Below are positions 24,335-39,480 of a stretch of 64,000 nucleotides of DNA, one piece after another. Source of the stretch: Eledone cirrhosa. Taxonomy: Eukaryota. The first letter of the stretch is position 1; every line of letters starts with the position of its first letter. The stretch lies in contig OZ024741.1 of NCBI GenBank assembly GCA_964016885.1, positions 110,422,001-110,486,000 of the forward strand, written 5' to 3'. The notes under the pieces are model-generated. The model did not search any database. It was given only the letters and a program-made list of their open reading frames with translations, and was not told where the DNA came from. Both the position numbers and the translations under genes were made by a program.

Positions 24335-24792
24335 TACGATAGATACTCTGTCATATCCACAAATAAACTGGCCATCAAAAACGAAGATAATGAAGACACA
24401 AAGTAAGCATAAACAATGACATAGTTGCCATAGAAACATTCCGGAGTAAACTGGTTAAACCGGAAAGGGGCGGAAATAGTTGTATCGGGTAGATTTGTTC
24501 CAATTATTGCTCTAAAATGTTCCTTGATTGTCAATAAAGCATCCATTACAGAATATTTCCTTCTTCTCATGTTACTTCGGCTAAGGTTTCATTTCGGTTC
24601 GTCAGTTTATAATCAGGCATGGCTGTGTGGTTAACAAGTTGAGTTTCACAACCATACACTTAAAGGTTTTCAGTTTCTGGGTTCGTTGGTTCGAACACAC
24701 ATTGTGCGCGGCACCTTAAGCAAGTCAAGTGTCTTTTAACTTAGACATGTGAGCGGAATTTGGTAACTGCGTGGAAATTCGTTCTTTCTCTC

Positions 24793-24845
<53 letters not shown>

Positions 24846-25207
24846 ATATCTATATATCTATCTATATATATATATATATATACAAATGGAAGTTCATCAT
24901 AATCGAAGCTCTGGCTGCAGCTAAGCTAACGAATGCAATCGCAAGTTGCAGCTAAGCACTCAATAAGGTATTTTACCTTAGAGTAATAACATTACGTTCA
25001 GACAGCTTTGCAAATTGAAGATTGCGACCAGTAATGGGGACCAAAGCAACGAGAAAACTGACTCAGGATAATTTGACAGATGGCTGCAAACTCTGCTAAG
25101 AGTATTGCAATCGCTTGTCAGATGACAGAAAATGATGCACCTTTAGGCTACGGCCAGCCATACGAACTTGTAACAGATCTTGAACAAGCAATGCCTGTGC
25201 TTTGAAG

Positions 25208-25352
<145 letters not shown>

Positions 25353-25367
25353 ATGTGTGTCGTGTGT

Positions 25368-25620
25368 GTAGTTCAAGGAAACAACAAACAGAGGTACAAA
25401 ATGTTTTATTTGTTTCACGCTTTATATGGAAAAGGAGAAAGAAAGTTTGACGTGTCGGATTTTAGCCCTTCTTCAGGAGTACAAAAAATAGAGACAGGAT
25501 CACAATGGATAGATACAGAAAATAAAAGGTTGTCCAAGTAAAGTAAAAAAAATAAAAAATAAAAAATAAAAATTAAAAATAAAGAGAGTAAACAAGACAA
25601 ACCGTTAGATAGACTTGGTA
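25368..25620 (-). mobile_element. PLE pLTR remnant with damaged hammerhead (GAAA->GACA); second tail copy at ~25850-25925
   Basis: cCTGAAGAagggctaaaatccGACACgtc; shared tail aagcgtgaaac(t/a)aata also at 28220, 32835, 54620. Confidence 0.6.
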
Positions 25621-26134
25621 AAAACCAGAAGAGGATAGATATAGAGATATATAAATATAGAGCGAGAGAAGAGAGAAAGGATAGAAAAGAAGATCACGGT
25701 GGATTAGTGCAGAGAAAAGCAGTTCAATGTAAATCCAAATATTCGAGGTCCGTGGGTAATCTACTAGCTGGACAGGATGGTAAAATAGAGCAGTCAGAAG
25801 GCGTGGATAAATATCCAGGCTGGAAATACAAAGATTACCTCGTGGAGAATATAGTTCAAGGAAACAACGAACAGGTACAAAAAGTCTTATTAGTTTCACG
25901 CTTTATATGGAAAAGGGGAGAGAACGCTCGAGATGTGAACGTTCAAAAGACACGAGTAGTCTTATCGTAATCCTCGAGATTCAGCAGAATACAATGTCTG
26001 ACATCGCTGGCCGTTTGAATTACAGGTACAACTTATTTTTGCCAGCTGAATAAACTGGGGCAACGTGAAACAAAGCTTTTTGCTCAACACAATAGAGCAA
26101 TAGAGCAATAGACACGCACGCACACGCACACACA

Positions 26135-26253
<119 letters not shown>

Positions 26254-26814
26254 CGCACACCATTCCGCTCACCTTCCCTTCCATATAAGGTTGTACCTCA
26301 TATCTCCTCCTAACATTTAGCCATATATCAAACATTTCTGCGATCATTGGTATTAGATCATTATCATTTTCTATCGATAATGCCACGCCACCTATTACAC
26401 CAAGCTCTTCAATCATTGGTACCCCCCAACCTTAATCGATACGAAAAGCATCCATTTCTTTACTACAATTCGATAAGATTTTCCATTCTTTCTTTTGTTA
26501 TCGCCTTCTATGCATGTTACCAATAGAGCGGATCCCCGATCTGTTGTGCAAATTGACATTACAAATGCAATACCACCTTAATGCGCGAAATTGCACACCA
26601 GCAAGGTGGCTGGTGAAGTAAAGACGCAGCTCTCTGTTCGTTATATTTAACTGTGTCTATTGTGTGTCAATACTATATATATGTGTGTATGTGTGTGAGT
26701 GTGTGTGTAATGTTAAACAATGAGGAAATAAGACACGACAATTTCAAACGTCATATGCAAAAAGGAAGGAAAGAAATTATATATATATACATACACACAC
26801 ACATACACATGCAC

Positions 26815-26845
<31 letters not shown>

Positions 26846-26846
26846 T

Positions 26847-26894
<48 letters not shown>

Positions 26895-27261
26895 ATAATA
26901 ATAAAATTGAAGACTAAAATCCAAAGAGGGCTCGATATATATATATATATATACATACACACACACATACACATGCACACACATACATACATACATACAT
27001 ACACACACACACATACACATATATATATATATATATATAGTAATAATAATAAAATTGAAGACTATCCCGTTCTTTGCCAGCGAACGTTACCACGAACCAA
27101 AGTATCGTCTTCCTGTCTTCCTCCGGTTGCAACGTTTTTTTAAATATCCAGTTCTGCGTTTACAGATTGACTTTGTTAGTTTCAGAAGATCCCGTTAAGG
27201 GTGAAAGCAGCGATTCTTTGCTTAAACTTTAATCTGTTATTTTAATAAATATATATATATA

Positions 27262-28060
27262 CTAGCAGTAAAGCCCGGCGTTGCTCGGGGTCGCTCAGTA
27301 GCTGTGTTAAAGTTACAATGTTAAGTTTCTTTTTTGGCTTAAAAACTGTAATGTCTACTGTGCAGACTTGCATGTGGTGTTTTTGATTAATATTCCCTCA
27401 ACCAACAATATGCCTTATGAAGTTAACAAAACATAACGATAACCCGAATGTTATAACAAAAGAGGATGCTGGGGATAAAAACTGCACTGGTTATTTATTA
27501 ACAAAGATCGAAAATGTAAACACTGCAACGCAGAGAAAAACATTAGCGTAACCAAATTATCAGTTATGTCTGTCTGCACGCCTATATCACCTCTCTGCAC
27601 GACTGTCTGTCTGCACGCCTGAAATATTTGCTTGTTTTACGTAGTCTTTAAATAGACTTGTTTTCAAGTAAAAATATTGTTTTAAAATGCTTTTAAATGG
27701 AAATGAAGCAAAACGGAAGCTTAGTGTTCGAACTGATGAATTTTGCAGGTCAATATTTTGCTGGCTCGACAACTGTTCGTGTATTGTGTTAATGTCATTT
27801 TAAACGCTGAGAAAGCCAGCGTAATTTTTTACGTAAGACGCTCAATGTAAACAGAACAAAGGGAAATAACTGATAACTTACGCTCAAAAATCGATACATT
27901 ATATTCGATTTCGTCACGTAGGGTGGGTCATTTTGAAATATTTTTTTTCCGATGTCTTCGCTAGGGCTCAATGTACAAGTATAGCAATTTCGGTGCAATT
28001 CCGTGAGAGATTCTAAGAGGAGATGTGTGCCAAAAATCGATAGACAGACAGACAACCATA

Positions 28061-28068
<8 letters not shown>
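27262..28068 (-). mobile_element. Non-autonomous Helitron
   Basis: 3' ccgagcaacgccggg hairpin + CTAG|T at 27262; 5' tataaaactatggttgtctgtctgtct head. Confidence 0.75.
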
Positions 28069-28106
<38 letters not shown>

Positions 28107-28141
28107 CACACACACAGACACATGCACACACATACATACAT

Positions 28142-28172
<31 letters not shown>

Positions 28173-28261
28173 GTGAAAAATTGAACGGGAAAACAGAGAG
28201 GCAGTACGAACAAAGGTTTATTAGTTTCACGCTCTTGAGAGTGGGGTGGTGGTGGTGGTGG

Positions 28262-28300
28262 GGAACGACGTTTCGGGCATAAGCCCTTCTTCAGGCGAAA
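28262..28300 (-). ncRNA. Minimal PLE hammerhead motif
   Basis: cCTGAAGAa gggc-ttat-gccc GAAAC GTC; stem I very weak. Confidence 0.65.
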
Positions 28301-28974
28301 AGTGTGTGGGAAGAGAGTTCCAAGAGTGTGTAGGGGAATGGGGGAGAGACATTTAGAAAAAAGGGGATGAGTGGAAACGGTACAAATGAAAATAAATATA
28401 AAAGCATAATAAAAATAAAAATAAACATAAAGTTACACAAGTCGTGGAAGGGTGTGGGGCGTGTAGGGGTGGTGGCGGTTTGGGGTCCTTGGAGGGAGTG
28501 TAGTGTACTGGTGTGTGTGTGGTGAAGGGGGTGTTAGTGGGTGTTAGTATACTGGTGGTGGGGAAAGGGTTGAATAGGGGTGTTAGTGGGGGTCAGAGGT
28601 GGTAGGGTGTGTAGAGTGGGTGGTGTAAGTGGGTGTGTGTGTTCGTGTGCGTGCGGTCTGGGGGTGTTAGTGGTATTAGTTGTGGGGTGGTGGGAGTGGA
28701 TGTGTGGGTGAGGGTTAGTGGTGGTAGTAGGGTGTGTGGATAGTGTGAGTGCGTGTATATATGTACCGGTGGATGTGTGCGTGATAGGGGAGGAGGGGAA
28801 AGAAAGGATGCTAGTGTTGTTAGTTGGGGAAGGGTGGTCGGGTGTGGGTGGGGGTGTTAGTATTGTTAGTTGTGGGGTGGGCGGTGAAAAGAAGGAGTGT
28901 GTTAGTGGTGTTAGTGGGGGATATGTGTGTGTGGGGGGGGGACAGGGCGGTCGAAGGCTAAAGGAATAGGGGTG

Positions 28975-31150
28975 GGGAGTTCAGGCCGCGGGGAGTGTGG
29001 GTCTGTAGGGTGAAGATGGTGCGTTGTTCGACCCTGAGGCGGGTGGCGGGTGTTCCGCGGCATTGGAGCAGGCCACAGACTGTGAGGTGGTGCGCGGAAT
29101 GTCCAGGGGAGCCAAAGTGGCGGGCGATGGGGGAACTACCTCCGAGACGAATATCCCAGAGGTGTTCGGTAAAACGGTCCGCCAGGCGACGTCCAGTCTG
29201 TCCGACGTAGGTTGCGCTGCACTCCGTGCAGCGAAGTCCATAGACTAGGTTGGAGGAGGTGCAGCGGAAGGCATGCCGGACAGAGAGAGTGGCCGTTGGG
29301 ACCCTGGAAGGTGGTGGTGTTGGTGATGTGGGGACAGGTGTTGCAACGAGGCCTGGAACAGGGAAGGGAACCGGGGAGGAGCTGCGGACGAGGAGGGTAC
29401 GGAGATTGCGTGCGTGTTTGAAGGAGAGGAGTGGTGGAGCTGGGAAGATGTGGGAGGTGGAGGGGTCGGACTGGAGGCGTCGGAAGAGGCAGAGGATGGT
29501 GCGGTGGAGGGGTAGGGTGGAGAGGTGGTAGGTGATGGGGAAGGGGAGACGGTGGGTGGGTGTGCGGTGGCGTGGGGTGAGGGTAGTGGAGCGGTGGACA
29601 GCACGGGCGCGAGTGAGGGCGGTGTGGACGAAAGAGGGGGGTAACCTCTGCGGATGAAATGGTTGACTAGGGAAAGGGCCTGGGACTCAAAGTTAGCATT
29701 TCGGCTGCAGAGGCGGCGGATCCTGAGGAGTTGGGAGTAGGGAATAGAATGTTTAGTGTGTGTGGGGTGGGAAGAGGTGAAGTCGAGGTAAGAGTGGGAG
29801 TCGGTGGGTTTGAAGAAGGCGGAGGTGACGAGGGAGTGGTGGGAGGGGTCGAAGGCGACGGAGATGTCTAAGAAGTGGACGTGGGTGGTGGAGATAGAGG
29901 TGGTGAAGTGGAGGGAGGGGTGGAAGGAGCAGAAGAAGGAGAGAAAGGAGTCGAGCTGTTCTCGGGTGAGGGTCGTGGCTCCGATACAGTCGTCGATGTA
30001 ACGACCGTACAGTTCGGGCGTGGGGCCGGTGTCCTGGGCAAAGATTTGGGCCTCAACATAGCCAACAAAAAGGTTGGCATAGTTTGGGCCCATTCTTGTG
30101 CCCATGGCTACCCCCGTGACCTGTTGGTAAAACTCACCCGAGGAGAAACAGTTGAGGGTGAGGACCAGCTCGGAGAGGCGAAGGAGGGTGGGGTGGAGGG
30201 GATAAGAGAGGGGCGAAGGTCGAGGTAGTGCTTGAGGGGTATGACTTGTGGGGTATGACTGTATAGAGCGACTTGATATCTAGGGTGAAGAGGAAGGGCT
30301 GTGGGCCGAGTGGGAAGGTGAAGGAGTCGAATAGGCGAAGGGCGTGGTTGGTGTCGGAGATGTGGGAGGGGAGGGTGATTACGAGGGGGGCGAGGATGGA
30401 GTCAAGAAAGGCGGAGATGAGTTCGGTGGGGCAGTTGCAAGCAGAGACGATGGGGCGGCCGGGGTTGTCGGGTTTGTGGAGTTTTGGGAGGAAATAGATA
30501 GTGAGGGTGCGAGGGGTGCAGACGATGAGGTGGGAAGCGGTGGGGGGAGGAGGGAGGAGGAGACGAGGTGTTGGATGGTGGAGGAAACTTGTTGTTGGTA
30601 AAGGGGTGTGGGATCGGAGGGTAGAGGGCGGTAGAAGAGGGGGTTACGGAGCTGCCTGAGGGCTTCAGCCGTGTAGAGTTAGCGCGCCACACCACCACGG
30701 CGCCTCCCTTATCCGCCAGTTTGATGACGATGTCATTTCGGCTACGGAGGGAGCGGAGAGCGAGGAGTTCGCCCCGTGAGATGTTATTCCGTTGGGAACG
30801 GTGGCGGAAGTCGAAGCGATTTACTGCGCTACGGCTGGCATCGACGAACGCGTCCAGGGTGCTAAATTGCCCTGGGGCCGGCGTCCAAGACGAGAAACGG
30901 GTCTGGGGCGTTCGGAGCCGGTGGCGTTTGACCGAAATGTACCTGTAGCTTCGTGCGTAGCACGAATCGCTCGACTTCCGTTCGGGTGCGGAACTCGTCG
31001 CTGTGCGGAGTGTGGGGTATGAAGCGAAGGCCTCTACTGTGGAGTGAACGCTCAGGTGCGGAGAGGGGAAGGTCAGAGGGTATGGTGACAACAAGTGGTG
31101 GGTTGGGGTGTGTGAGGGGGTGATGGGGGAGGGGGGATAGTGGGGGGTCA
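28975..31150 (-). pseudogene. PLE polyprotein (RT, Cys linker, GIY-YIG endonuclease), frameshifted
   Basis: ADKGGAVVVW; GVAMGTRMGPNYANLF; RYIDD; KPTDSHSYLDFTSSHP; FPCSRPRCNTC; NLVYGLRCTECSATYVGQTGRRLADRFTEH. Confidence 0.93.
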
Positions 31151-32016
31151 TGGGGAGGGGGGTGTAGCTTAAGGGCTTTGGTGGAGGTGGGGAAGGAGAA
31201 GAGGTCGTGGTTGAGGTTTTGGATGAAGAGGAGGATGGCGTGGGCGAGGAGGGGGTGGCAGGCGGAGGAGGGTGGGGGTAAGTTGGTAGTCAAGTTTGCG
31301 GATGGTGGAATCATACATATGTATGTGTTGGGAAAAGAGAGAAGGGGGGGGGGGGGCAATAGAAAGTAAGGCGGTGAAGGGAAGGAAGAGTAGAGGGAGG
31401 TGGGGAGAGAGAGTAAATTCAACAACATGGGGAACTCGTCTGCTTTTTTTTTTAATTAAATGAAAAGAAAAGAGAAAGTTCGTGAGAGATGAATGAGAAA
31501 TGCGATGAAATAATAAATAGAATAGAAAGATATTGACCATGAAGGACGGGAGGAGAAACAAAATATGAATGAAAAAGAAGAAAATAATCGCCTGGCAGAA
31601 AATACATCATTAAGTGAGAGAATCTAATCTAAACTGAGAAGATATCCAGCATGAAAAAAAAGTAAAAATGGACGAAACTTTGAATAATCACAGTCGTTCT
31701 CGTTTCATCATATTCCCATGAATCAAGTAACACCATATTATGGAGTAGAGATATGTTTAAGGTTGGCGCCGATTCCAGTAATTTTCAATGTGGTAAACGG
31801 CCACATGTTTTAGCACTGGACCTTCTCGTTAAGAAGAGGGTTGTTGGTGTAGTGTGATAGTGGTTGGTGTAGTGGTGTAATGGTGTGGAATGGCGGAGGA
31901 TGAAATGACTCATATAAGAGGTCTTTTTCTCAACCCTCACTAGATGCCATCCAATATATATATATATGTGTGTGTGTGTCTGCGTCTGTGTGTGCATGTA
32001 TGTGTGTGTATGTTTG

Positions 32017-32062
<46 letters not shown>

Positions 32063-32087
32063 ATATATACATATATATATAAATATA

Positions 32088-32187
<100 letters not shown>

Positions 32188-32217
32188 TATATATATATAT
32201 ATATATATATTTGTATG

Positions 32218-32268
<51 letters not shown>

Positions 32269-32604
32269 ATGTATGTATACGAACGTAATTTTTTTGTGTA
32301 TGTGTACATTCAGACAAACACATCAATTGTGATACACATAGACTCTACGTATAAATGAAGGTAATATATCACCAGATCTCTTCCCCACACCCTTATTTAT
32401 ATACACACATATATCACTATATATGAATGTGTATTTAGTGTGAGTGTGTGTGTATATCCATGTCAATTGTGTTTATAAGTATATAAATATTATTGGTAAA
32501 ACTATACTGCAACCCCCATTTACGCAAAGTTTCGAGTCCGTACACACGTATCTACTTGAAATAATATATTTTTCTCACATCAATATATATCACCAACTAT
32601 TATG

Positions 32605-32677
<73 letters not shown>

Positions 32678-32710
32678 ATACATACATACATACATACATA
32701 CATACATACA

Positions 32711-32775
<65 letters not shown>

Positions 32776-32793
32776 GTATGTATATACATAATA

Positions 32794-33041
<248 letters not shown>

Positions 33042-33071
33042 TAAACATATGTATATAATATATTATATATA

Positions 33072-34166
33072 CAGGGTGGAGCATAAATTTGGAAGCGAAA
33101 AATGCTTTTAATAACAAAACTAATAACTTTATTGACCAGCAACATATATGTAATTATACATAAATATCTTTAGAATATAATGTATAGAGTTTATTCAAAA
33201 TGAACCCCTAATCTCTGTTGAAAATCATTCACCGAAGCACGCAACATTTCTTGGGGAATTCCTTTCCAAACACTTAGTAAAGATGTCTTTAAATCATCAA
33301 CTGTCTTTTGGACTTCTGAACAGGCTTTTTCTTCAAGGATAGACTATACTGAGGGTTCAAATCAGGTAAACAAGGAGGCCACATTTCTTTTGACCAGAAC
33401 CTCGAAAGATGGTCTCTGCACCAAGCTTGTGTGACATTTGCTGTATGGGAGATGACTCACAGACTATAACAGAAACTGGATTCGTTGTCTGGAATACAGA
33501 TGTATGGTCAACACTAATTGCTGATGCCTTTTTCCAATGACTCGATCATTTCTTCGGTTGTGTGTCTGCTCAATAGAGAAAATGTTTTCATCTGAACAAA
33601 AAATTTCATTCGCCATTCCACGTTTCATTTCTTTAAGCAAATTCTGGCTTTTCTCTAGCCTTTTTTGTTTTGTCTTTTCAAAAGGGTCTGTCTCTTCTTA
33701 AGAGTGAAGGAAGATATTCCCAAGTCATCATTGATGATCCTTCTCTTTCTCCTAGGGCTTGCTCGGACCTCTTTTGCCATTTTTTCTCATGGACCTTTAC
33801 GTATTTCTTCATATCCTTTCCAAACGACTTTAATGAGAGCAGGAGTTCATTTAGTTTGCGGTCTTTAACTTCTGGATCTATCCGAAAAATTTTGCTCTTT
33901 AAAACGCATCACAGATTTCCAAGCAAAATCTTGCAACCTACAGTAACGCTGCAAAATCCGAATTTGACTTCCCTGCGCGACGAAATCTGAGTATCATTTC
34001 TCTATTGGATGACATTTTCAAATTCTTTAAGAAATTCAAACCAAATCCAATATGTTTACATAGACTAATGTATTAACATGAAAATAAAAGAAGATTAATG
34101 ATATACTTACAACACTTTTAGAGATCAAATTTCAAAAATTTGCTTCCGAACTTATGCCCCACCCTA
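33072..34166 (-). mobile_element. Tc1/mariner DNA transposon, decayed transposase
   Basis: TIRs cagggtggagcataaatttggaagc / gcttccgaacttatgccccaccct; WSKEMWPPCLPDLNP motif on the minus strand. Confidence 0.85.
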
Positions 34167-34177
34167 CATATATATAA

Positions 34178-34225
<48 letters not shown>

Positions 34226-34226
<1 letters not shown>

Positions 34227-34462
34227 ACATAAGAAACGGAGAATCAGTGGTGCGACGACTAAAATGTATTAGACATATTACAATCGTTTCTCTGACGTCC
34301 AGCTCGAGTTGGTCGCCAGAGAAACGATTGTAATATATCTAATACATTTTATTCGTCGCACCACTGAATCTCCGTTTCTTATGTGATATTATACTCTGCT
34401 CTGTAAGAGCATCGAGTGCTCAAACGGCCTACAGCATATGGACGCTATAAGCATACCACACC

Positions 34463-34465
<3 letters not shown>
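34226..34465 (+). mobile_element. Fold-back pLTR-type element truncated inside a hammerhead (related deletion copy 39701-39812)
   Basis: Inverted arms 34226-34298 / 34314-34385; only the 3' half GAAAC gatt GTA is retained; tail ends in (TA)n. Confidence 0.65.
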
Positions 34466-34504
<39 letters not shown>

Positions 34505-35029
34505 GGGGGGGGGTAAAGAAAGATAGACAGACAGAGAGAGAGGCAGAGAGAGAGATAATATAGTATATATATATATTTACATTTTATGTATATAGATATA
34601 GTTAGATGTATAATATGTATATATTACATATATTGAATTATATTCCAAACAACAAACTTAATAATGAAAACATGATTATATAAAAAAAATTAATTGAAAC
34701 ACGTTGACAATGTATTTTGTTAGAAATATGGTCACGAAAGAGTTAAAGAGCTAACCCACTCCTAAGAACGCTTCTTTTATTTAAAAAAAAATGAATTACT
34801 GGATATTACTGGAATTATCTTCCTTTCTTGCTGTTCTAAGATTTTTTTATTATCTATATATAATTGCAAGTATAACTTGAGTCATTGGACGAGTTTCAAT
34901 TCTTATTTCATATATAAACACTTTATTGTGAAAAATGCAAGTGTTTTTGTGGTTATGAAAACGGAAAAGGAGGGGAAATGCAAGGGTTCTAGGGTCAAAG
35001 AAGAATAGCGGGGAGGGTGGTGGGTTCTA

Positions 35030-35265
35030 GGCCTAGGGCGCTACGGTATTGGGGCTGCGTCCCGCGGACAAGGCCGCAAAAGCATTCCCGAGGACAATGG
35101 CCAGAGACACCTCCTGCCACAACCACCCCACCTCGCAGGGCTCTTTCCTCAAACGGGCTACTGACGTTCCGATCTTGCGGAGAAGCTCGACAGTACGGGG
35201 TCGAAGTACGACTGAGGTCTCGACGGCGACCGGTGCGAAGAGGAAGGGGCTGGACAATCCCCGTT
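35030..35265 (-). mobile_element. CRE-clade non-LTR retrotransposon 3' fragment (RLE C-terminus)
   Basis: FAPVAVETS..ELLRKIG..RKEPCEVGWLWQEVSLAIVLGNAFAALS. Confidence 0.75.
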
Positions 35266-36094
35266 ATTTGTTTATATATTAGATAATAATCGCTTTATTA
35301 TATAGAAACTATGTAATATGACAACGTCTGTCTTTCCCATTTAGTGGCTGCTGCTGTTCCGTTCGGTTTGCCGAGTTTATGAAGGTGGGCGGTCCGCGTT
35401 CGATTTGCCGAATTTGGAGGGTGGGTCGTGGGTTGGTTTAGAAGGAGTCATGAGTGCAGGTTGACGTTTGGTTTAGTTTTGTGGAGTGATTAGAGCAATA
35501 ACGGTCTTATTTACGTATATATGGGAATGTAGATATATGATAATTGTCCTAGCTGCTGAGGTATATTCTGAGCGTTAAAGTTGTTGTTGTTCTTCGCCCA
35601 CTTATTCCAGTGATGGTCGTGGGGGGGGGGGTACATATACCTCAAGCACGCCTTCCAGCAAGTCCTGTCAGAAGCAACTAACTACAAATGATCCAATCGA
35701 AGTTACCATCCTTGATGTATCGAAAACTGCTATTCTTCGATATCTGAGATATCCTGGGATATCTGCGGTCAGAATGGATGGCTGAGGTTTGGAAATTGCT
35801 TGTTTCATCCGTATCCTTTCATTTAGTGTCCAACTTGATTTACAGAATTTTCCGATACTAAACTTGCTTTCACATAAAACAGGTAGAATTTCCAAAACTA
35901 ATCAGATTAGAGCAAACATCACGGGCGCTCTATCTCAAAATTATTTTTCAAAAGCATTAGAAATGCGCAACCGGTAAAAACTTAAAACCAAAACTGAATA
36001 CTAACCAATACTTATTACTAATTTTTATTTATTCCTAACTAAACTATTTTTCACTGGGAACAATTTGTCAGCATTTTCTTTTCCTTTTTACCAA

Positions 36095-36132
<38 letters not shown>

Positions 36133-36214
36133 CCCTTCTTTTTCTCAGACTCACTTTCATATTTCTTAAATATTTTTGTTTTCAAATCCATATTTAATAA
36201 AAACACCATGTTTT

Positions 36215-36283
36215 TTATTCATTCTGACGACTGAAAACAGATATAAATATCTGCTTTCAAGAAACCACTGGTAAATGAAATAA
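36215..36283 (+). ncRNA. Type I hammerhead ribozyme with long stem II and C-A at 10.1/11.1
   Basis: ttattcatt CTGACGA c tgaaa-a-cagatat-aa-atatctg-c-tttca a GAAACC act GGTA aatgaaataa. Confidence 0.8.
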
Positions 36284-36391
36284 TTATCTTATGTTGTTTA
36301 TTACGTAACTAATAAGCTCTGTAACCTACATAGGGCACTCTTTTTTCCTGTACCTTTCCGACGGAAATACTTCATTCACACACACACACAC

Positions 36392-36466
<75 letters not shown>

Positions 36467-36804
36467 TGTGCATGCATGTGTATGTTTATGTATATATGTG
36501 TATATATGAACATGTGTGTATGTATGCGTCTATATATGTATGTGTATGTGAACGTATGCATATATATATGTGTGTGTGCTTGTGTAAGTATGCATGCATG
36601 CACTTATGAATGTGTGTATGTATATATGTATGTATATGTGAACGTATGCATATATATATATATTCATACGTTCACACACACATATATATATATATTAATT
36701 CAATTGAATTAATATTAATAACTCCGGAAAACCAAACTGTTGAGTGCTTCCAATCTATTGTAAAACTCATACTTTGATTTATTCATTGAACCTTGTTTAA
36801 CCTT

Positions 36805-36886
<82 letters not shown>

Positions 36887-37699
36887 CATGCATGCACTGA
36901 TGAATGAATGTATGTATATATGTATATATGTGTGTGCCTGTGTGCTTATGTATATGTGTACGTATTTCTGTTGGTATATATGTATATGTGAGTGTCTGTA
37001 TAGATGTGTATACATAGACGGGTCAGAGCAAAACAATCAGGATATATAGACAACAGAATCATGGTATAGACGACACACAGACATATAGAAAGTGAGGAGA
37101 TGAGGGAAGAAAGAAAGATAAGATAAGAGAGAGACAGACAAACTGACAGAGGTGGAGGGAGAGAGAGTGTGAGACGAGACTATAAGTTGATAGTAGAGGG
37201 GGGCAGAATAATTGATGGAATGCTGTGAAATGAAACAGATCATCCGGGGTCTTCAGTTTAATCCCCGGCTGGCGAGAACAGTGAAAATTGATCAGTCAGG
37301 ATTACCTCCCCATCTCTTCTTCTTCTTCTTCTTCTTCTTCTTCTATTCCTTCATCCACTTCTCATAGCCACATCACACACGCGCATACACATACACAATA
37401 CATACACGCATGTAGACATCACACACATACACGGAGGCACGTACACACATCATACATATACATACATATACACATACACATCCATACAGCACACACATCA
37501 CACACTTACACAGTGACACATACATACATCGTACATATACAACACAAGCCCACCCTAATGCCGTGAGAGGGCCGGGAGTCTTCCCCTGGGACAGGCTGAC
37601 TTCACATGAAGGTAGACGGAGAAAATATATTCATACTTATGTATACATATCAGTCTACCTATATTAACCAAGGATTTGTGTATATGCATGTATATCTCC

Positions 37700-37955
37700 A
37701 AAATGGCTGATTGAATATGCACGTATGTTTTTTTCTCCCCTTTTTTTCCTCTTTTTCCCCCGTTCTCACATTTTATCTTTCTATTTATCTTCTATTCCTA
37801 ACACTATCTTCTGATGAAGGACTAGTGACCGAAACGTAAGTCTCTTTTCTTGCTATTTCAAGCATTAAACTAATATATTTCTTCAATGTAGTGCGTCATT
37901 TGCTTTGTTATATCTGTTTACCGTTTTCACACACATAGACATGGGCGTGTGTGTG

Positions 37956-37987
<32 letters not shown>

Positions 37988-38003
37988 CGTGTGCGTGTGT
38001 GTG

Positions 38004-38035
<32 letters not shown>

Positions 38036-38230
38036 CCAATGTAAACAGAAACAACAAAGCAAAAAGTACAACACAATGAAGAAATATATTAGTTTAACGC
38101 TTGACGTAGTAGAAAAAGAGTTTTTACATTTTGGACACTAGTCCTCGTCAAAAGATAGAATGAGAAATATATTATGAAATAGAAGGAATGGAAAACATTT
38201 TTTTTTTATATATAGAAAAAGCATGAGCGT
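37700..38230. mobile_element. Inverted pair of diverged pLTR remnants with hammerhead motifs (37805-37845 +; 38120-38160 -, damaged)
   Basis: CTGATGAaggactagtgaccGAAACGTA versus ttgacgaggactagtgtccaaaatgta; shared tail aagcRttaaactaata; central (TG)n. Confidence 0.65.
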
Positions 38231-38814
38231 AGTCAGTCAGCCTTAAAAAAAGACGAGAATTCAAGGAGAGGAAAAGCTCATCAGTGCTACGCCAACATGC
38301 CAAACTAGACCATGGGGTCTAGTTTGGCATGTCTCAATAGACAACATAGAAGTAAAGATCCTGTCCACACATAGAACCGACACAACACTGACAAATTACA
38401 GAGAGCACGCATAATAGAAAATAAACCGTGTCTCAACAGAAAACACGAATTGAATAGTAACACCCTCACACCACATTCTAATGATTTAAGACGGGAGAGG
38501 TCACATGTGGAAAAACATAGAAAGATACAAAGAGTGAAACATACAAACCTACGTAGAAACACACAAGGCACACATACACATGTCAAACACAAAGACACAC
38601 TGGTGCAGATAAGAAAACATGCTACAAAAATACAAGATGGAGTAAAAAAATTAAACCAGAAAGAACAGGCGACACAGAGAACAAATTATCATCGAGGAGG
38701 TCACAGAATGTGACGAATAACCAATAATTTATAATAAAGCTGAAGTGAAAGCCAAATAGTGTGTGTGTGTTTTTATTGGCAAAATTGGCAACATGACCAT
38801 CTCCAAATATAACA

Positions 38815-39480
<666 letters not shown>

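Larger units (their letters stand above)
28172..31300 (-). mobile_element. Penelope-like element (Neptune-type) with 3' pLTR
   Basis: RT + GIY-YIG coding remnant followed by C/A-rich UTR, hammerhead motif and tail. Confidence 0.9.
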
